From assembly GCF_032335695.1 (NCBI RefSeq), contig NZ_JACTOJ010000004.1, positions 194,029 through 258,028 of the forward strand: a DNA stretch of 64,000 nt, written 5' to 3'. The notes beneath the pieces were generated by a model that had not been told where the DNA came from, searched no databases, and was given only the letters and a program-made list of their open reading frames with translations. Position 1 is the first letter of the stretch, and each line of letters starts with the position of its first letter. This DNA comes from Clostridium sp. 19966 (lineage in GTDB: Bacteria > Bacillota > Clostridia > Clostridiales > Clostridiaceae). The position numbers were made by a program, and so were the translations under genes. Below are positions 21,126 to 30,911 of the stretch, in pieces.

Positions 21126-23333
21126 TTATTTTGTTGATAAAGCTCGCATGGAATTCAATACCGCTATTAGAGCAACTCCCACATCTCCAAAAACTGCTTC
21201 CCACATGGTAGCTATTCCCAAAGCTCCCATTATGAGTATTACTGCCTTAACTGCTAATGCAAAAACTATATTTTGCATTACTATAGTGCTGGTTCTTCTA
21301 GCTATTTTCACAGCTGCTGCTATCTTTGAAGGTTCGTCCGTCATTATAACTACGTCGGCGGCTTCAATCGCAGCATCTGATCCTATGCCTCCCATGGCTA
21401 TTCCCACATCAGCTCTTGCTAATACTGGTGCATCATTTATTCCATCTCCAACAAATATAAGCTTTCCTTTTTCGCTTTTGCTTCCATAGAGTTCTTCTAA
21501 CTTCTGAACCTTGTCCTGAGGAAGCAGTTCAGAATATACCTTATCCACTTTCAACTCTTTAGCCACTGAATCTGCAGTTTTCTTGTTATCGCCTGTAAGC
21601 ATTACAGTTGTTGTTATTCCTATTTTCTTAAGTTCTCCAATGGCTTTGGGAGAATCTTTTTTAATAGTATCTGCTATAATTACTGTACCTGCATACTTGT
21701 TATCTATGGCTACATGAATCAAAGTTCCTTCAGCTTCTATAGGTTTTTCTACTATTCCTTTAGCTTCTAGAAGCTTCACATTTCCAGCAAGTATTTCTTT
21801 TCCTTCTACCTGTGCAGATAATCCTTTACCTGCAATTTCCTGATATTTATCGATGGCTTCCTTATCTATTGCTTTTCCGTAAGCTTTTACAATTGAAAGA
21901 GCGATAGGATGATTTGAATAGCTTTCTACCTTTGCTGCTGCTTCAAGCACTTCTTCTTGAGTAAAGCCTTCCATGCTCACTATTTCTTTCACATCAAAAG
22001 CCCCTTTGGTTAAAGTACCAGTCTTATCAAACACTACAATCTCTGCATTTTTTAGGGCTTCAAGATAATTTCCTCCCTTTATCAATATGCCTAGCTTAGA
22101 AGCAGCGCCTATTCCTCCAAAGAAGCCAAGGGGTATGGATATGACTAAAGCACAAGGGCAAGAAACAACTAAGAATACCAAAGCCCTGTTTATCCATCCA
22201 TATAGGTTACCTACGAAAATTGGTGGTATAAAGGCTAGAAGTGCTGCTGCTATAACTACTACAGGAGTGTAATATCTAGCAAATTTAGTGATAAATTTTT
22301 CAGTTTGTGCTTTCTTGCTTCCGGAATTCTGAACCAGTTCCAATATTTTCGAAACAGTAGATTCTCCGTAACTTTTAGTTACCTTTAAAGTTAACACTCC
22401 ATTTTTATTCACAGAACCTGATAATACCTCATGGCCGCTTTCAACTTCTCTCGGCATAGACTCACCGGTTAATGCACTAGTGTCTATAGCTGCTGAGCCT
22501 TCTATAACAATTCCATCCAAAGGCACCTTCTCGCCGGCTTTAACTAAGATTAGATCTCCCACATTAACTTTCTCAGGAAAAACCTTGATAATATCACCAT
22601 CGACCTTTACATTAGCATAATCAGGTCTTATATCCATCATGGCTTGAATAGATTTTCTAGACTTGTCTACCGCCATGTCCTGAAAAAATTCTCCAACTTG
22701 GTAAAACAGCATTACCGCTACACCCTCAGCATACTCGCCCACTGCAAAGGCTCCTACTGTAGCTAGTGCCATAAGAAAGTTTTCATCAAAGATTTCGCCT
22801 TTTATGATGTTTCTGATAGCTCTAAAAAGTACTGATCCTCCTATCATAAGATAGCTTACAAAGTAGAGAGCAAATTCTTCTATTGAATTCAATTTAATAA
22901 AACGAGCGGCTATAAAGCATAAAACTCCTAGAGCGAACTGCATTATCTGCTTAAATTCAAGCTCTTCACCTTCATCATGGCTGTGACTATAATCATGTGA
23001 ATGTCCATGATGATGCTCCTCTTCCTGCTTTGAGGAATCATCATATTCACAGCTGCAGCCTTTAACATTAGCTTTTCCCGGAAATTTTTTAACATTTTTA
23101 TTTTCATATCTCACTTTTACATCAGGTTCAACTACACTGACTATACCTTCTATTTCAGAAACCAGAGTTTTAAAATCTTTTTCTCCGCTGACCTCCACAA
23201 AAAGTTTTTTGGATACAAAATCAATTACGGAAGTTTCAACTCCGCTAAGCTTCCCTACTCTGCTTTCTATTTTAGCTGCACAATTTGCACAGCAAAGATT
23301 TTCTAGGATAAATTCATTCTTTACAGCACTCAT
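21126..23333 (-). CDS. cadA: Heavy-metal (Cd/Zn/Co-type) translocating P1B-type ATPase
   Basis: N-terminal HMA domain with CANC, His-rich stretch HHHGHSHDYSHSHDE, TM CPC motif (SCPCALV), DKTGTLT phosphorylation site, GDGINDAP. Confidence 0.9.
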   Translation of the reverse strand: MSAVKNEFILENLCCANCAAKIESRVGKLSGVETSVIDFVSKKLFVEVSGEKDFKTLVSEIEGIVSVVEPDVKVRYENKNVKKFPGKANVKGCSCEYDDSSKQEEEHHHGHSHDYSHSHDEGEELEFKQIMQFALGVLCFIAARFIKLNSIEEFALYFVSYLMIGGSVLFRAIRNIIKGEIFDENFLMALATVGAFAVGEYAEGVAVMLFYQVGEFFQDMAVDKSRKSIQAMMDIRPDYANVKVDGDIIKVFPEKVNVGDLILVKAGEKVPLDGIVIEGSAAIDTSALTGESMPREVESGHEVLSGSVNKNGVLTLKVTKSYGESTVSKILELVQNSGSKKAQTEKFITKFARYYTPVVVIAAALLAFIPPIFVGNLYGWINRALVFLVVSCPCALVISIPLGFFGGIGAASKLGILIKGGNYLEALKNAEIVVFDKTGTLTKGAFDVKEIVSMEGFTQEEVLEAAAKVESYSNHPIALSIVKAYGKAIDKEAIDKYQEIAGKGLSAQVEGKEILAGNVKLLEAKGIVEKPIEAEGTLIHVAIDNKYAGTVIIADTIKKDSPKAIGELKKIGITTTVMLTGDNKKTADSVAKELKVDKVYSELLPQDKVQKLEELYGSKSEKGKLIFVGDGINDAPVLARADVGIAMGGIGSDAAIEAADVVIMTDEPSKIAAAVKIARRTSTIVMQNIVFALAVKAVILIMGALGIATMWEAVFGDVGVALIAVLNSMRALSTK

Positions 23334-23418
23334 TTTCTAATCCTCCCTACAATAAAAATTAAATATTTCAGGCAGTTGATTTAGATTGCTTACATCCTAT
23401 AGGATAAAAATCAAAACA

Positions 23419-23820
23419 TTATTTTAAATTATAGCTCTCTTTTAAATGTGTAAGTCCTAAATCAAATATTTTTTTTACATGCTCATCATCAAGAGAATAG
23501 TAAACTACCTTGCCTTCTTTTCTATATTTTACAAGCTTGGCCTGTTTAAGAACTCTCAGCTGATGCGATACTGCAGATTGAGACATCTGCAATAATGCTG
23601 ATATATCGCAAACACACATCTCTGCTTCAAATAAGGTACATATTATTTTAATTCTGCTGCTATCCCCGAAGACTTTAAAAAGTTCTGCTAAATCGAAGAG
23701 TAAATCTTCCTCTGGCAATTTTTTCTTAACTTCCTGTACTACGTCTTCATGAATAATGCTGCAGTTACAAAATTCTATCTCTTCTTTATTCTTCTCCATA
23801 TTATTTTCCTCCATGTTCAT
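23419..23820 (-). CDS. cadC: ArsR/SmtB-family metalloregulator (CadC-like)
   Basis: HTH with metal-sensing Cys pair (CVCDISALLQMSQSAVSHQLRVLK); directly upstream of the ATPase. Confidence 0.85.
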   Translation of the reverse strand: MNMEENNMEKNKEEIEFCNCSIIHEDVVQEVKKKLPEEDLLFDLAELFKVFGDSSRIKIICTLFEAEMCVCDISALLQMSQSAVSHQLRVLKQAKLVKYRKEGKVVYYSLDDEHVKKIFDLGLTHLKESYNLK

Positions 23821-23853
23821 ATGAATACTTGTTCATATATTCATTATATGCAC
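23815..23853. promoter_or_regulatory. Putative ArsR-family operator: inverted repeat ATATGAATAC-TT-GTTCATAT plus additional TTCATAT repeats overlapping the cadC start codon
   Basis: Seen in sequence; matches the usual 12-2-12 TGAA/TTCA-rich SmtB/CadC operator architecture. Confidence 0.45.
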
Positions 23854-24160
23854 AGGAAAATTTTTTGTCAATAAAAATGGCTATATCTTAAAATATCTTT
23901 ATAAAATCTTTAGTTATCTGCCATGAATTCTTTCATAAACAGCTACTCAAATCACTAAAGATAATATCAACATTTTAAAACATAACCTACCAAATAAAGC
24001 AGGTTCAGATAAATATTTAGGTGCTTAAAAGCAACACTTATCTTAAACCTGCTTATCATTTAAATTATGAACTTGTATATCTGTATATTTAGAGTTAAAA
24101 TTAGCTTGAGAATATATACTTTATAGAAATATCTTAAAAAATGTTTATTTTAAGATATTT

Positions 24161-24532
24161 CTATTTTTTTATTAGTTCTTCTATGGCTTTTTCTAATTTA
24201 TATACTTTTTTATATAATTCTATTTCTCTCTTTATAAGATTCTTTTCTGAGAGTGCTGTCATAAGCTGGTCTTGTGCATGTATAACTAAAAAGTTAGGAG
24301 TCTCTTTATCCATTTGACCTTGTATCAGCATGTTTTGATATTCATGACCATCATAAAATTCTTCATCTGCCTCTTCAAGACATTTTTCTGCTAATTCAAA
24401 CTTTCCTTCCTCTGCTGCATCTAACGCTTCATAGGCTTTTCCTCTTGCGTTTCCTCCATGAAGTACTAAATTAAAAATTATTTTCTCTAAATCTAATTTT
24501 GTTTCTTCGCTCACCTTTAAACCTCCATTCAT
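24161..24532 (-). CDS. PTS lactose/cellobiose-family IIA component
   Basis: 123 aa helical IIA(Lac) fold features; operon position after IIC. Confidence 0.8.
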   Translation of the reverse strand: MNGGLKVSEETKLDLEKIIFNLVLHGGNARGKAYEALDAAEEGKFELAEKCLEEADEEFYDGHEYQNMLIQGQMDKETPNFLVIHAQDQLMTALSEKNLIKREIELYKKVYKLEKAIEELIKK

Positions 24533-24542
24533 ATTCTAAATA

Positions 24543-25871
24543 TTAAACTGTTGCTCCATTTTCGGCATTTAATTCAAGTTCTGCATTTTTTTCATTTGTT
24601 ACCAGCTGGTTTTCAAACATCTTAAAGAAAGGCCAGTATATGATTGCTGCTACTATTAAATTTACAAGCTGTAGTGCTGCTCCTTGCCAATATCCTCCAG
24701 TTGCTATTATTCCTCCAAAGAATACAGGAACTGTGAACGGTGGCTGCATCACTATTTTAGGAACTATGCCGCTGTAAAAAGCAATATAATTAATGGTTAC
24801 ACCTGCTACTGGAGCCAATATAAATGGTATAAACATTATTGGATTCAAAACTAATGGAGCGCCAAACATTATTGGCTCATTTATATTGAATATCGCTGGT
24901 ATGAGTTCAATTTTTCCAATACTCTTAAGCTGCTTAGATCTAGACATTAAGAACATTATAACCAATGGCCAAGTTAATCCTGATCCACCTATATGGGTAA
25001 ACATATGGAAGAAAGGTTCAGTAACAATTCCATGCATTGCAGTTCCTGCATTACGTGCTGCAGTATTCGCTGCTAATTGCGCTGTCCAGAAAGGATATGC
25101 AACCGAAGATACGACATTCATTCCATGTATTCCTAATGACCAAAGAAGCATCATCAAAACTACTTCTAATACAGCTGCTGGATAACTGTTAGAAACAGCA
25201 ACTAAAGGCATAAATATTTCTAGAACCAACTCAGGTAAAGTTATATGATAATTAGCCCAAACAATCCATTCTACTGCCCAAGTGAAAGTTATCATTATGA
25301 AGAATGGTATCAAGGCGCTAAATGTTCTTACTACATAAGGTGGAACACCCGCAGGCATTTTTATTATCAAGCCCTTCTTTGTAAAGAATCTCACAACCAC
25401 TGTAGTTAAAATACCTAGTATTATTGCTACAAACAAGCCTTCTCCACCAAGATAAGTTAAAACATCTCCAAATTTTACTTTAGTCACATCAGAAGCAGGA
25501 AAACAAGCTATTAAAAAACATACTAGTGAGAGCATTCCGCAAAGAGATTCATCCATGTCCCACCTTGAGGCTAAGCTGTAGGCTGTACCAAATGCCACTG
25601 CCACTGCCATGATTCCAAAGCTTAGATTGAAGGCTATTTCAATGTTTGCCTGAATTGGCGTTATCGCATTACTCCAAGCATTTATTATCCCCCAACCCAA
25701 TGATGTTGGCGGATTTGCTACGATTAAAAATACTGATCCACTTATTATGAGCGGCAAAGCAAAAACGCAAAACGCATCACGTATTGATTGAAGGTAAATA
25801 TTTTGTGCCAATTTTCCTAGGATGGGCATAAGCTTTTCTTCCATCCATTTCATAAATTTGTTTTCATTCAT
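24543..25871 (-). CDS. PTS lactose/cellobiose-family IIC permease
   Basis: 442 aa polytopic membrane protein with the IIC(Lac/Cel) signature. Confidence 0.85.
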   Translation of the reverse strand: MNENKFMKWMEEKLMPILGKLAQNIYLQSIRDAFCVFALPLIISGSVFLIVANPPTSLGWGIINAWSNAITPIQANIEIAFNLSFGIMAVAVAFGTAYSLASRWDMDESLCGMLSLVCFLIACFPASDVTKVKFGDVLTYLGGEGLFVAIILGILTTVVVRFFTKKGLIIKMPAGVPPYVVRTFSALIPFFIMITFTWAVEWIVWANYHITLPELVLEIFMPLVAVSNSYPAAVLEVVLMMLLWSLGIHGMNVVSSVAYPFWTAQLAANTAARNAGTAMHGIVTEPFFHMFTHIGGSGLTWPLVIMFLMSRSKQLKSIGKIELIPAIFNINEPIMFGAPLVLNPIMFIPFILAPVAGVTINYIAFYSGIVPKIVMQPPFTVPVFFGGIIATGGYWQGAALQLVNLIVAAIIYWPFFKMFENQLVTNEKNAELELNAENGATV

Positions 25872-25931
25872 ATATTATTTTCCCCCTATATAATTTTATT
25901 TTAAGATAAGGGATTATGTCCCCTATCCCAA

Positions 25932-26249
25932 TTACAGTTTGCCAGCTTCTTTTGCTAGTTTTATTATCTGATCTAGCACTTTTCCTCCATTCATTAACGC
26001 AAAGGCCTGCATATCAACTATTTCTACGGGTATATTAAACTTCTCTGCTGCAGTTTGAACCTCTTTTTTAAGATGCCTTACCTGAGGCTCCAATAAAGCT
26101 ACTGAATAGTTCTCTGCTTTCTTTTTGAATTCCCCGGTACCTCCAGCATCTACCACTATATCTAAGTTTCTTTTTTTTGCCTCATCTGTTACTGCTTTGG
26201 CGAGTGAACTGGAAGTTGCTCCCCAGCTGCATAAAATTATTGCTTTCAT
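25932..26249 (-). CDS. PTS lactose/cellobiose-family IIB component
   Basis: 105 aa; phosphorylatable Cys in the N-terminal ILCSWGATSS (Cys7). Confidence 0.8.
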   Translation of the reverse strand: MKAIILCSWGATSSSLAKAVTDEAKKRNLDIVVDAGGTGEFKKKAENYSVALLEPQVRHLKKEVQTAAEKFNIPVEIVDMQAFALMNGGKVLDQIIKLAKEAGKL

Positions 26250-26518
26250 TTTGAATCCCTCCTCATTTTTTTATTTTTCATTTTTCTTACCGACAAGTTT
26301 AAATTATATTGATATTGAATTAACATACTTTTAAACCATCTTTGCAAAAAGAACAGAGCTGTCAAAAATACAATTGTAAATATTGATAATTCAACGGCAG
26401 ACTTTAATTTACCTGATAAAATTAGACCTTTTATTTGTATAACCCAAGGAACGCTTAGAAGAATAAAAAATAATAAGAATGGAGCCTTGCGATTATATAA
26501 ATTATTTTTACTTTCCAA
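26246..26518 (-). CDS. Small 2-TM membrane protein encoded between licR-type activator and PTS IIB; TTG start with a near-perfect SD (AAAGGAGGTG-N5-TTG); its stop overlaps the IIB start
   Basis: RBS read from sequence; two hydrophobic helices; no recognisable family. Confidence 0.45.
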   Translation of the reverse strand: MESKNNLYNRKAPFLLFFILLSVPWVIQIKGLILSGKLKSAVELSIFTIVFLTALFFLQRWFKSMLIQYQYNLNLSVRKMKNKKMRRDSK

Positions 26519-26552
26519 TTTTTCACCTCCTTTAATAGTTTCATTTATAAAT

Positions 26553-28649
26553 TTATTTGAAGGTTCTTACTATCTGTGAGTAAAGACTTTTTATTAGAGT
26601 CTTCTCTATTACCTGTCTGCATTGTTTGGTGCTTTTACTTTCACTAAGCCTGCCTACAAAATCAGCTTGTTCAATAATTGATGAGGATAAATCACCGATA
26701 ACCTCCAGGCTTTCCTTATTATTTTCTGGAGCTACCATAAGGAATGCTGTACATACTAACTCATTTTTACCAATCAAATTTATCATCATTATTGATTTTC
26801 TTAATTTTCCAACAGTAATGATAGGTTCTTGAATATCCTTGCTTACGCAGTGATATATAACAAATTTTTTATCTGGAATTATTATTGTCCCCATACCTTC
26901 TCTATTTTTAAGTATCCCTTCAATATTTTTAGCTGCCACATAGGATATTATCTGCTTACTTACTTGTTCCTCTAATAGTGCTTCGATTATTTTTCCAGCA
27001 CTACCTGCTTCAACTTCTGCTAGAAGCGTATTTTTTATAATTACATTTATTTCATAGCTGTAAGCTTTTATCTTTTCTGCATTTTCTAATTTTTTTTCTA
27101 TAGGAATGCCTCTTTCTTCTTTATCCATAGATATTTTTATGTTAAGTTCTTTTTCCAGTTTCGAAATATCACTTTCCTCTAGTAATGGATTTATAATAAT
27201 TACCTTTTTGTCATTTCTTTTAATAGGTACCGTTGATATAATAAAGTCCACAGGAGTTTTATGAATTATTTCATCAATTTTAAGTACCGATGACACTCCA
27301 ACTATATTTATTTCTCTAATTTTTTTCATTCTAGCTGCCAGCATTCTCGAGGTTCCTATTCCACTGGCACAAACTAGCAGCACATTGTATGCTTCTCTTT
27401 CTTCTTTCATTCTTTCCATAGCTGCTGCAAAATGCATACTTATATAACCCACTTCATCCTCACTTATTTGCGCATTTAACTTTTGTCTAAGCAAGTTCAA
27501 AACTTTATCGCATTTATCAAATATCTCCCCATACTGGCGTTTTATCTCACTTATTAAGGGATTTCTTATTTTATATCCTGACTTTAGTCTGTCTATGGAA
27601 TATAGAAGATGCATGTTTAAATCATTTTTAAGCATAGAATCGTTTTCAAAATTTGTATTAAAAATTCTCGAAGCCTCATTTACCACTTCTTCTGTTATGG
27701 AATATAAATATTTCTCGCTTATTCCTAAGGCATTTTCTCCAAATTTTAATCCTTGAAGGTGAACAGTTATATACCCAAGTTCCTCCTGAGGAATTTTTAT
27801 ATCTATAGCTTTTTCTATGTTTTGGGCTATAGCTTTTGCCACCTGATACTCTTTGGATTTTTTTAAATTCTCTAAGGTAGGTCCATCAAAACTGATTTTT
27901 TCATTGTTTCTAAGCCGTTCTATTGCTAAAGAAAGATGAATTGATAATTCTATATACAATCTGTCATCAAACTTATATTCCATGGTTGATTCTATATTAT
28001 ATAAAGATTTTTCTATCATATGAATTGTCTTATAATCTATGATGTTTAGAAGACGATGGTTTATCTCTTCCATTTTACTGTTTTGAATTGTAATGCTTTC
28101 TTGGCTACCATTTTGTATAAAATCAATCAGCTGTTCTATATTGTAATTTTCATACAGTAAATCAACCAGCGCATGCCTAATGTTCTTTTCATCTCCTTCT
28201 ATGTATACTCCTACTCCTTGTTTGCTGATTAAGCTTAAGTTTTTTCTGTCAAGCCATTCTTTTACTTCTTTTATATCGTGACTTATGGTAGAACTAGACA
28301 CATTAAATTTTCTAGCAAAATATTGAATTTTTATTGGTTCTTTACATTGTAATAACTCTGCTATTATAAAATTGTTTCTATTTTTAGCCTCTGCTATTGA
28401 AGTAGAATCTTGAATTTTAAATTTAAACTCTAAAATATCATCTTCCTTCCCATTTAAATACATTCCATCAATAGTATTAATAATTTTTACTTTGTATTGA
28501 GAAATTGCTTTATTGATACTGTCTATCTCTCTGTAAATTGTTCTAGTGCTTACATCATTTACTTGAGCTATTTTTTTTACGGTAACGTTCTCGTTATTAA
28601 GTATTTTTTTTACAATGTCCATTTGTCTTGAACTAAGCTTATCCAACAA
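26553..28649 (-). CDS. licR: LicR/MtlR-type PTS-controlled transcriptional activator (HTH - PRD - PRD - EIIB(Gat)-like - EIIA(Mtl)-like)
   Basis: 698 aa; N-terminal HTH, two PRD-like regions with conserved His, C-terminal CASGIGTSRM (EIIB Cys) and IIA-like domain. Confidence 0.75.
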   Translation of the reverse strand: MLDKLSSRQMDIVKKILNNENVTVKKIAQVNDVSTRTIYREIDSINKAISQYKVKIINTIDGMYLNGKEDDILEFKFKIQDSTSIAEAKNRNNFIIAELLQCKEPIKIQYFARKFNVSSSTISHDIKEVKEWLDRKNLSLISKQGVGVYIEGDEKNIRHALVDLLYENYNIEQLIDFIQNGSQESITIQNSKMEEINHRLLNIIDYKTIHMIEKSLYNIESTMEYKFDDRLYIELSIHLSLAIERLRNNEKISFDGPTLENLKKSKEYQVAKAIAQNIEKAIDIKIPQEELGYITVHLQGLKFGENALGISEKYLYSITEEVVNEASRIFNTNFENDSMLKNDLNMHLLYSIDRLKSGYKIRNPLISEIKRQYGEIFDKCDKVLNLLRQKLNAQISEDEVGYISMHFAAAMERMKEEREAYNVLLVCASGIGTSRMLAARMKKIREINIVGVSSVLKIDEIIHKTPVDFIISTVPIKRNDKKVIIINPLLEESDISKLEKELNIKISMDKEERGIPIEKKLENAEKIKAYSYEINVIIKNTLLAEVEAGSAGKIIEALLEEQVSKQIISYVAAKNIEGILKNREGMGTIIIPDKKFVIYHCVSKDIQEPIITVGKLRKSIMMINLIGKNELVCTAFLMVAPENNKESLEVIGDLSSSIIEQADFVGRLSESKSTKQCRQVIEKTLIKSLYSQIVRTFK

Positions 28650-28779
28650 AAATCACCAACCTAATGTATTGAGTAACGATTTGCCTTCATAAATATTATA
28701 TATTTGCCTACATTTACTATGCAAGTAAAACATAAACATATATTGTCTCTTTAGTTTTGACATATTCTCAATAATAAAA

Positions 28780-28838
28780 GGCTATGCTTTAAGATGTTGA
28801 TAGTGCTAAAAATAATATCAACATCTTAAGACATAGCC
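28780..28838 (-). terminator. Rho-independent terminator of the GT4/EamA operon: 22-bp near-perfect stem (GGCTATGCTTTAAGATGTTGATA / TATCAACATCTTAAGACATAGCC) followed by UUUUAUU on the minus strand
   Basis: Seen in sequence. Confidence 0.65.
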
Positions 28839-28877
28839 TCTCAAAAAACGAGATTTAAAATTATATAAGAAATAAAT

Positions 28878-29216
28878 TTATATTGATATAAATAATGCTC
28901 CCAGCATTATGAATATGATTCCTATTATTTTATATTTTGTTATTTTTTCATTTAAAAGAAAATAGGATATTGTCAGTGTCCATATGTAAGTTATGGAGGT
29001 CAGCGGCAATACTACTGTATAAGGCAGAAGCTTCAGCACATATATATTAAGTAAAGCGCTGGTAACATAGAGCATTCCCCCTATATAGAACCATTTGCTG
29101 AACATTACACTGTATATTTTATCCGTAGATGAGGTAGCCAGCTTTAAAGTGTATCCTCCAAAAGCTCCCATAATGGTCATGACTAAAATTATAAGATATG
29201 CGCTAATGATCGCCAC
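28878..29216 (-). CDS. EamA/DMT half-transporter (4 TM), ArnE/ArnF-like
   Basis: 112 aa, 4 TM; overlaps its paralogous neighbour by 14 nt. Confidence 0.6.
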   Translation of the reverse strand: MAIISAYLIILVMTIMGAFGGYTLKLATSSTDKIYSVMFSKWFYIGGMLYVTSALLNIYVLKLLPYTVVLPLTSITYIWTLTISYFLLNEKITKYKIIGIIFIMLGALFISI

Positions 29217-29559
29217 CTCCTATGAAAACCACTCCAGTTATTATAAATAGCACCCCTATTACTTTAAAGGCTCCCACGCTCTCCTGCAAAAAGAAAGAGC
29301 CAAATAAAAGAGCAAATACATAGCTTAAGCACATCATGGGATGAAGTACTGAAAAGCTTCCAAATTTGAAGGCAATTATCATAAGAACAGCTCCTGCGCC
29401 ATAACATATAAAGCCTAGTCCTAAGAATATGTAATTGTGGGACAGCTTCCAAAACAATTGACCAATAGAGGTAAGTAAAGATGCAATCAGCATGAATATT
29501 ATGCCTTTATAGTTTTTTTTCAAAGATTCCAAATAACCCGTCATATTTTCCTCCGTCAT
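29203..29559 (-). CDS. EamA/DMT half-transporter (4 TM), ArnE/ArnF-like partner
   Basis: 118 aa, 4 TM; overlaps the GT4 gene stop by 4 nt. Confidence 0.6.
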   Translation of the reverse strand: MTEENMTGYLESLKKNYKGIIFMLIASLLTSIGQLFWKLSHNYIFLGLGFICYGAGAVLMIIAFKFGSFSVLHPMMCLSYVFALLFGSFFLQESVGAFKVIGVLFIITGVVFIGGGDH

Positions 29560-30758
29560 ATTTTCATTGTTGGTACTTTCATTCTTCTTTCCTTGTTCCA
29601 GTTATTCTTTTCTATGATTTCTTCGTATTTTTTTAGCACTCTGGAAGATATGGTTTCCCAGCTTTCAAACACTGTATTTTGAGCATTTTCTCCAACCTTA
29701 TAACGGAGCTCTTTTTGGTTAATGATATCAATTATTTTATTACAATAAGAATTTTCTTCTTCCTCCGCAATAAAACCATTGAAGCCATCTTCTATGCCTT
29801 CTGAAGCGTTTGAATCTCTCACTACTAAGGAAGGAGTTCTTACTGCAGCAGCTTCCCTCACTACTATACCAGAGGTGTCATAAACTGACGGAAATAAGAA
29901 TAAATCAGCTCTTGCAAATATGGTCTTCAAAAGCTCTCTATCGTGAATGACTCCAAGGAACTTTACACGATCATCTAGCTTATATTTCTCCACCAGTTCC
30001 TCCATGTCTTTTTTCACAATTCCCTCACCTACAAAAAACATTTTGAAATTTTCACCCTTATCTCTTAAAAGTCTAAGAGCTTCAATTATTAGCCTGGTAT
30101 TCTTCTGCCATATATGCTGTCCTACAAATAGCAGCACCCTATCTTCTTCATCTACTTTTAGGTAGTCTGCACCTTTTCTTATGTATTCCTTCAGGTTTCC
30201 TATGGTATCAAAATCCGCACCATTATGCATTATATTTATAATTCCATTATAGCCATATCTTCTCAAGGTTTCAGCAGTAGAGTCATTTACTGTCCAAACA
30301 GCATCCACTTCATTGTAAAAGCTTATTATCCTTTGGGTCATTAACTTAGCGATACTATCAGATTTTGTAGCTTCCTTAAAATCGTCGTAGTATTTAGAGT
30401 GAAAAGTTGTTATCACTGGTATTCCTCTTTTTCTTGCTATTTTAAGAGCTAATTTACCAGAGGTAAATGGACAATGACAATGCACTAAGTCAAAAGGAAT
30501 AGTGTTTACATCCTTATTAAAATTATAATCTAACTGAGGTATTCCATACCTATAGGGCCTTCTCTTGGGAAGCGGAACAGAAAAATATCTTAACACCTTA
30601 AAATCATTAATATCTTCATAGCCAGGACAGCTTGGTGTAACTACATAACTATCACAGCCCTTTCTGCTAAGCCAATAGGCATAATTCTTGGTTACATTAG
30701 CCACTCCATCCATAACAGGCTCATAAGAATCATTAAATTGTCCTACAGTAAACTTCAT
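29556..30758 (-). CDS. GT4-family glycosyltransferase (cytoplasmic; glycolipid/cell-envelope glycan synthesis)
   Basis: 400 aa; GT-B fold with the E-x7-E region (REAAAVRTPSLV...EGIEDG). Confidence 0.7.
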   Translation of the reverse strand: MKFTVGQFNDSYEPVMDGVANVTKNYAYWLSRKGCDSYVVTPSCPGYEDINDFKVLRYFSVPLPKRRPYRYGIPQLDYNFNKDVNTIPFDLVHCHCPFTSGKLALKIARKRGIPVITTFHSKYYDDFKEATKSDSIAKLMTQRIISFYNEVDAVWTVNDSTAETLRRYGYNGIINIMHNGADFDTIGNLKEYIRKGADYLKVDEEDRVLLFVGQHIWQKNTRLIIEALRLLRDKGENFKMFFVGEGIVKKDMEELVEKYKLDDRVKFLGVIHDRELLKTIFARADLFLFPSVYDTSGIVVREAAAVRTPSLVVRDSNASEGIEDGFNGFIAEEEENSYCNKIIDIINQKELRYKVGENAQNTVFESWETISSRVLKKYEEIIEKNNWNKERRMKVPTMKI

Positions 30759-30911
30759 AATATGTCATTGCTGCTAAAATAAATAATTGACGCTTAAGCC
30801 AGCCATATATTTTAAACAGCCTTTCCTCCTTTTAGTTTTATATAACAATTTACAACATGTCATCACCTATATTATACAATACTCTCATCAATTGTGGAAA
30901 TTAAAAAGCTA

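Noticed and set aside
21148-21489. Antisense ORFs inside long genes (e.g. 21148-21489, 24793-25185, 45970-46485, 16768-17124, 51092-51367)
   Set aside because: Embedded opposite strongly supported genes, no RBS, compositionally biased translations; typical shadow ORFs.
24100-24170. AT-only hairpin ATATCTTAAAA...TTTTAAGATAT with a T-run on the + strand, after the PTS IIA gene
   Set aside because: On the strand of the upstream PTS operon (minus) it is not followed by a U-run; it may weakly terminate transcription, but the evidence is poor.
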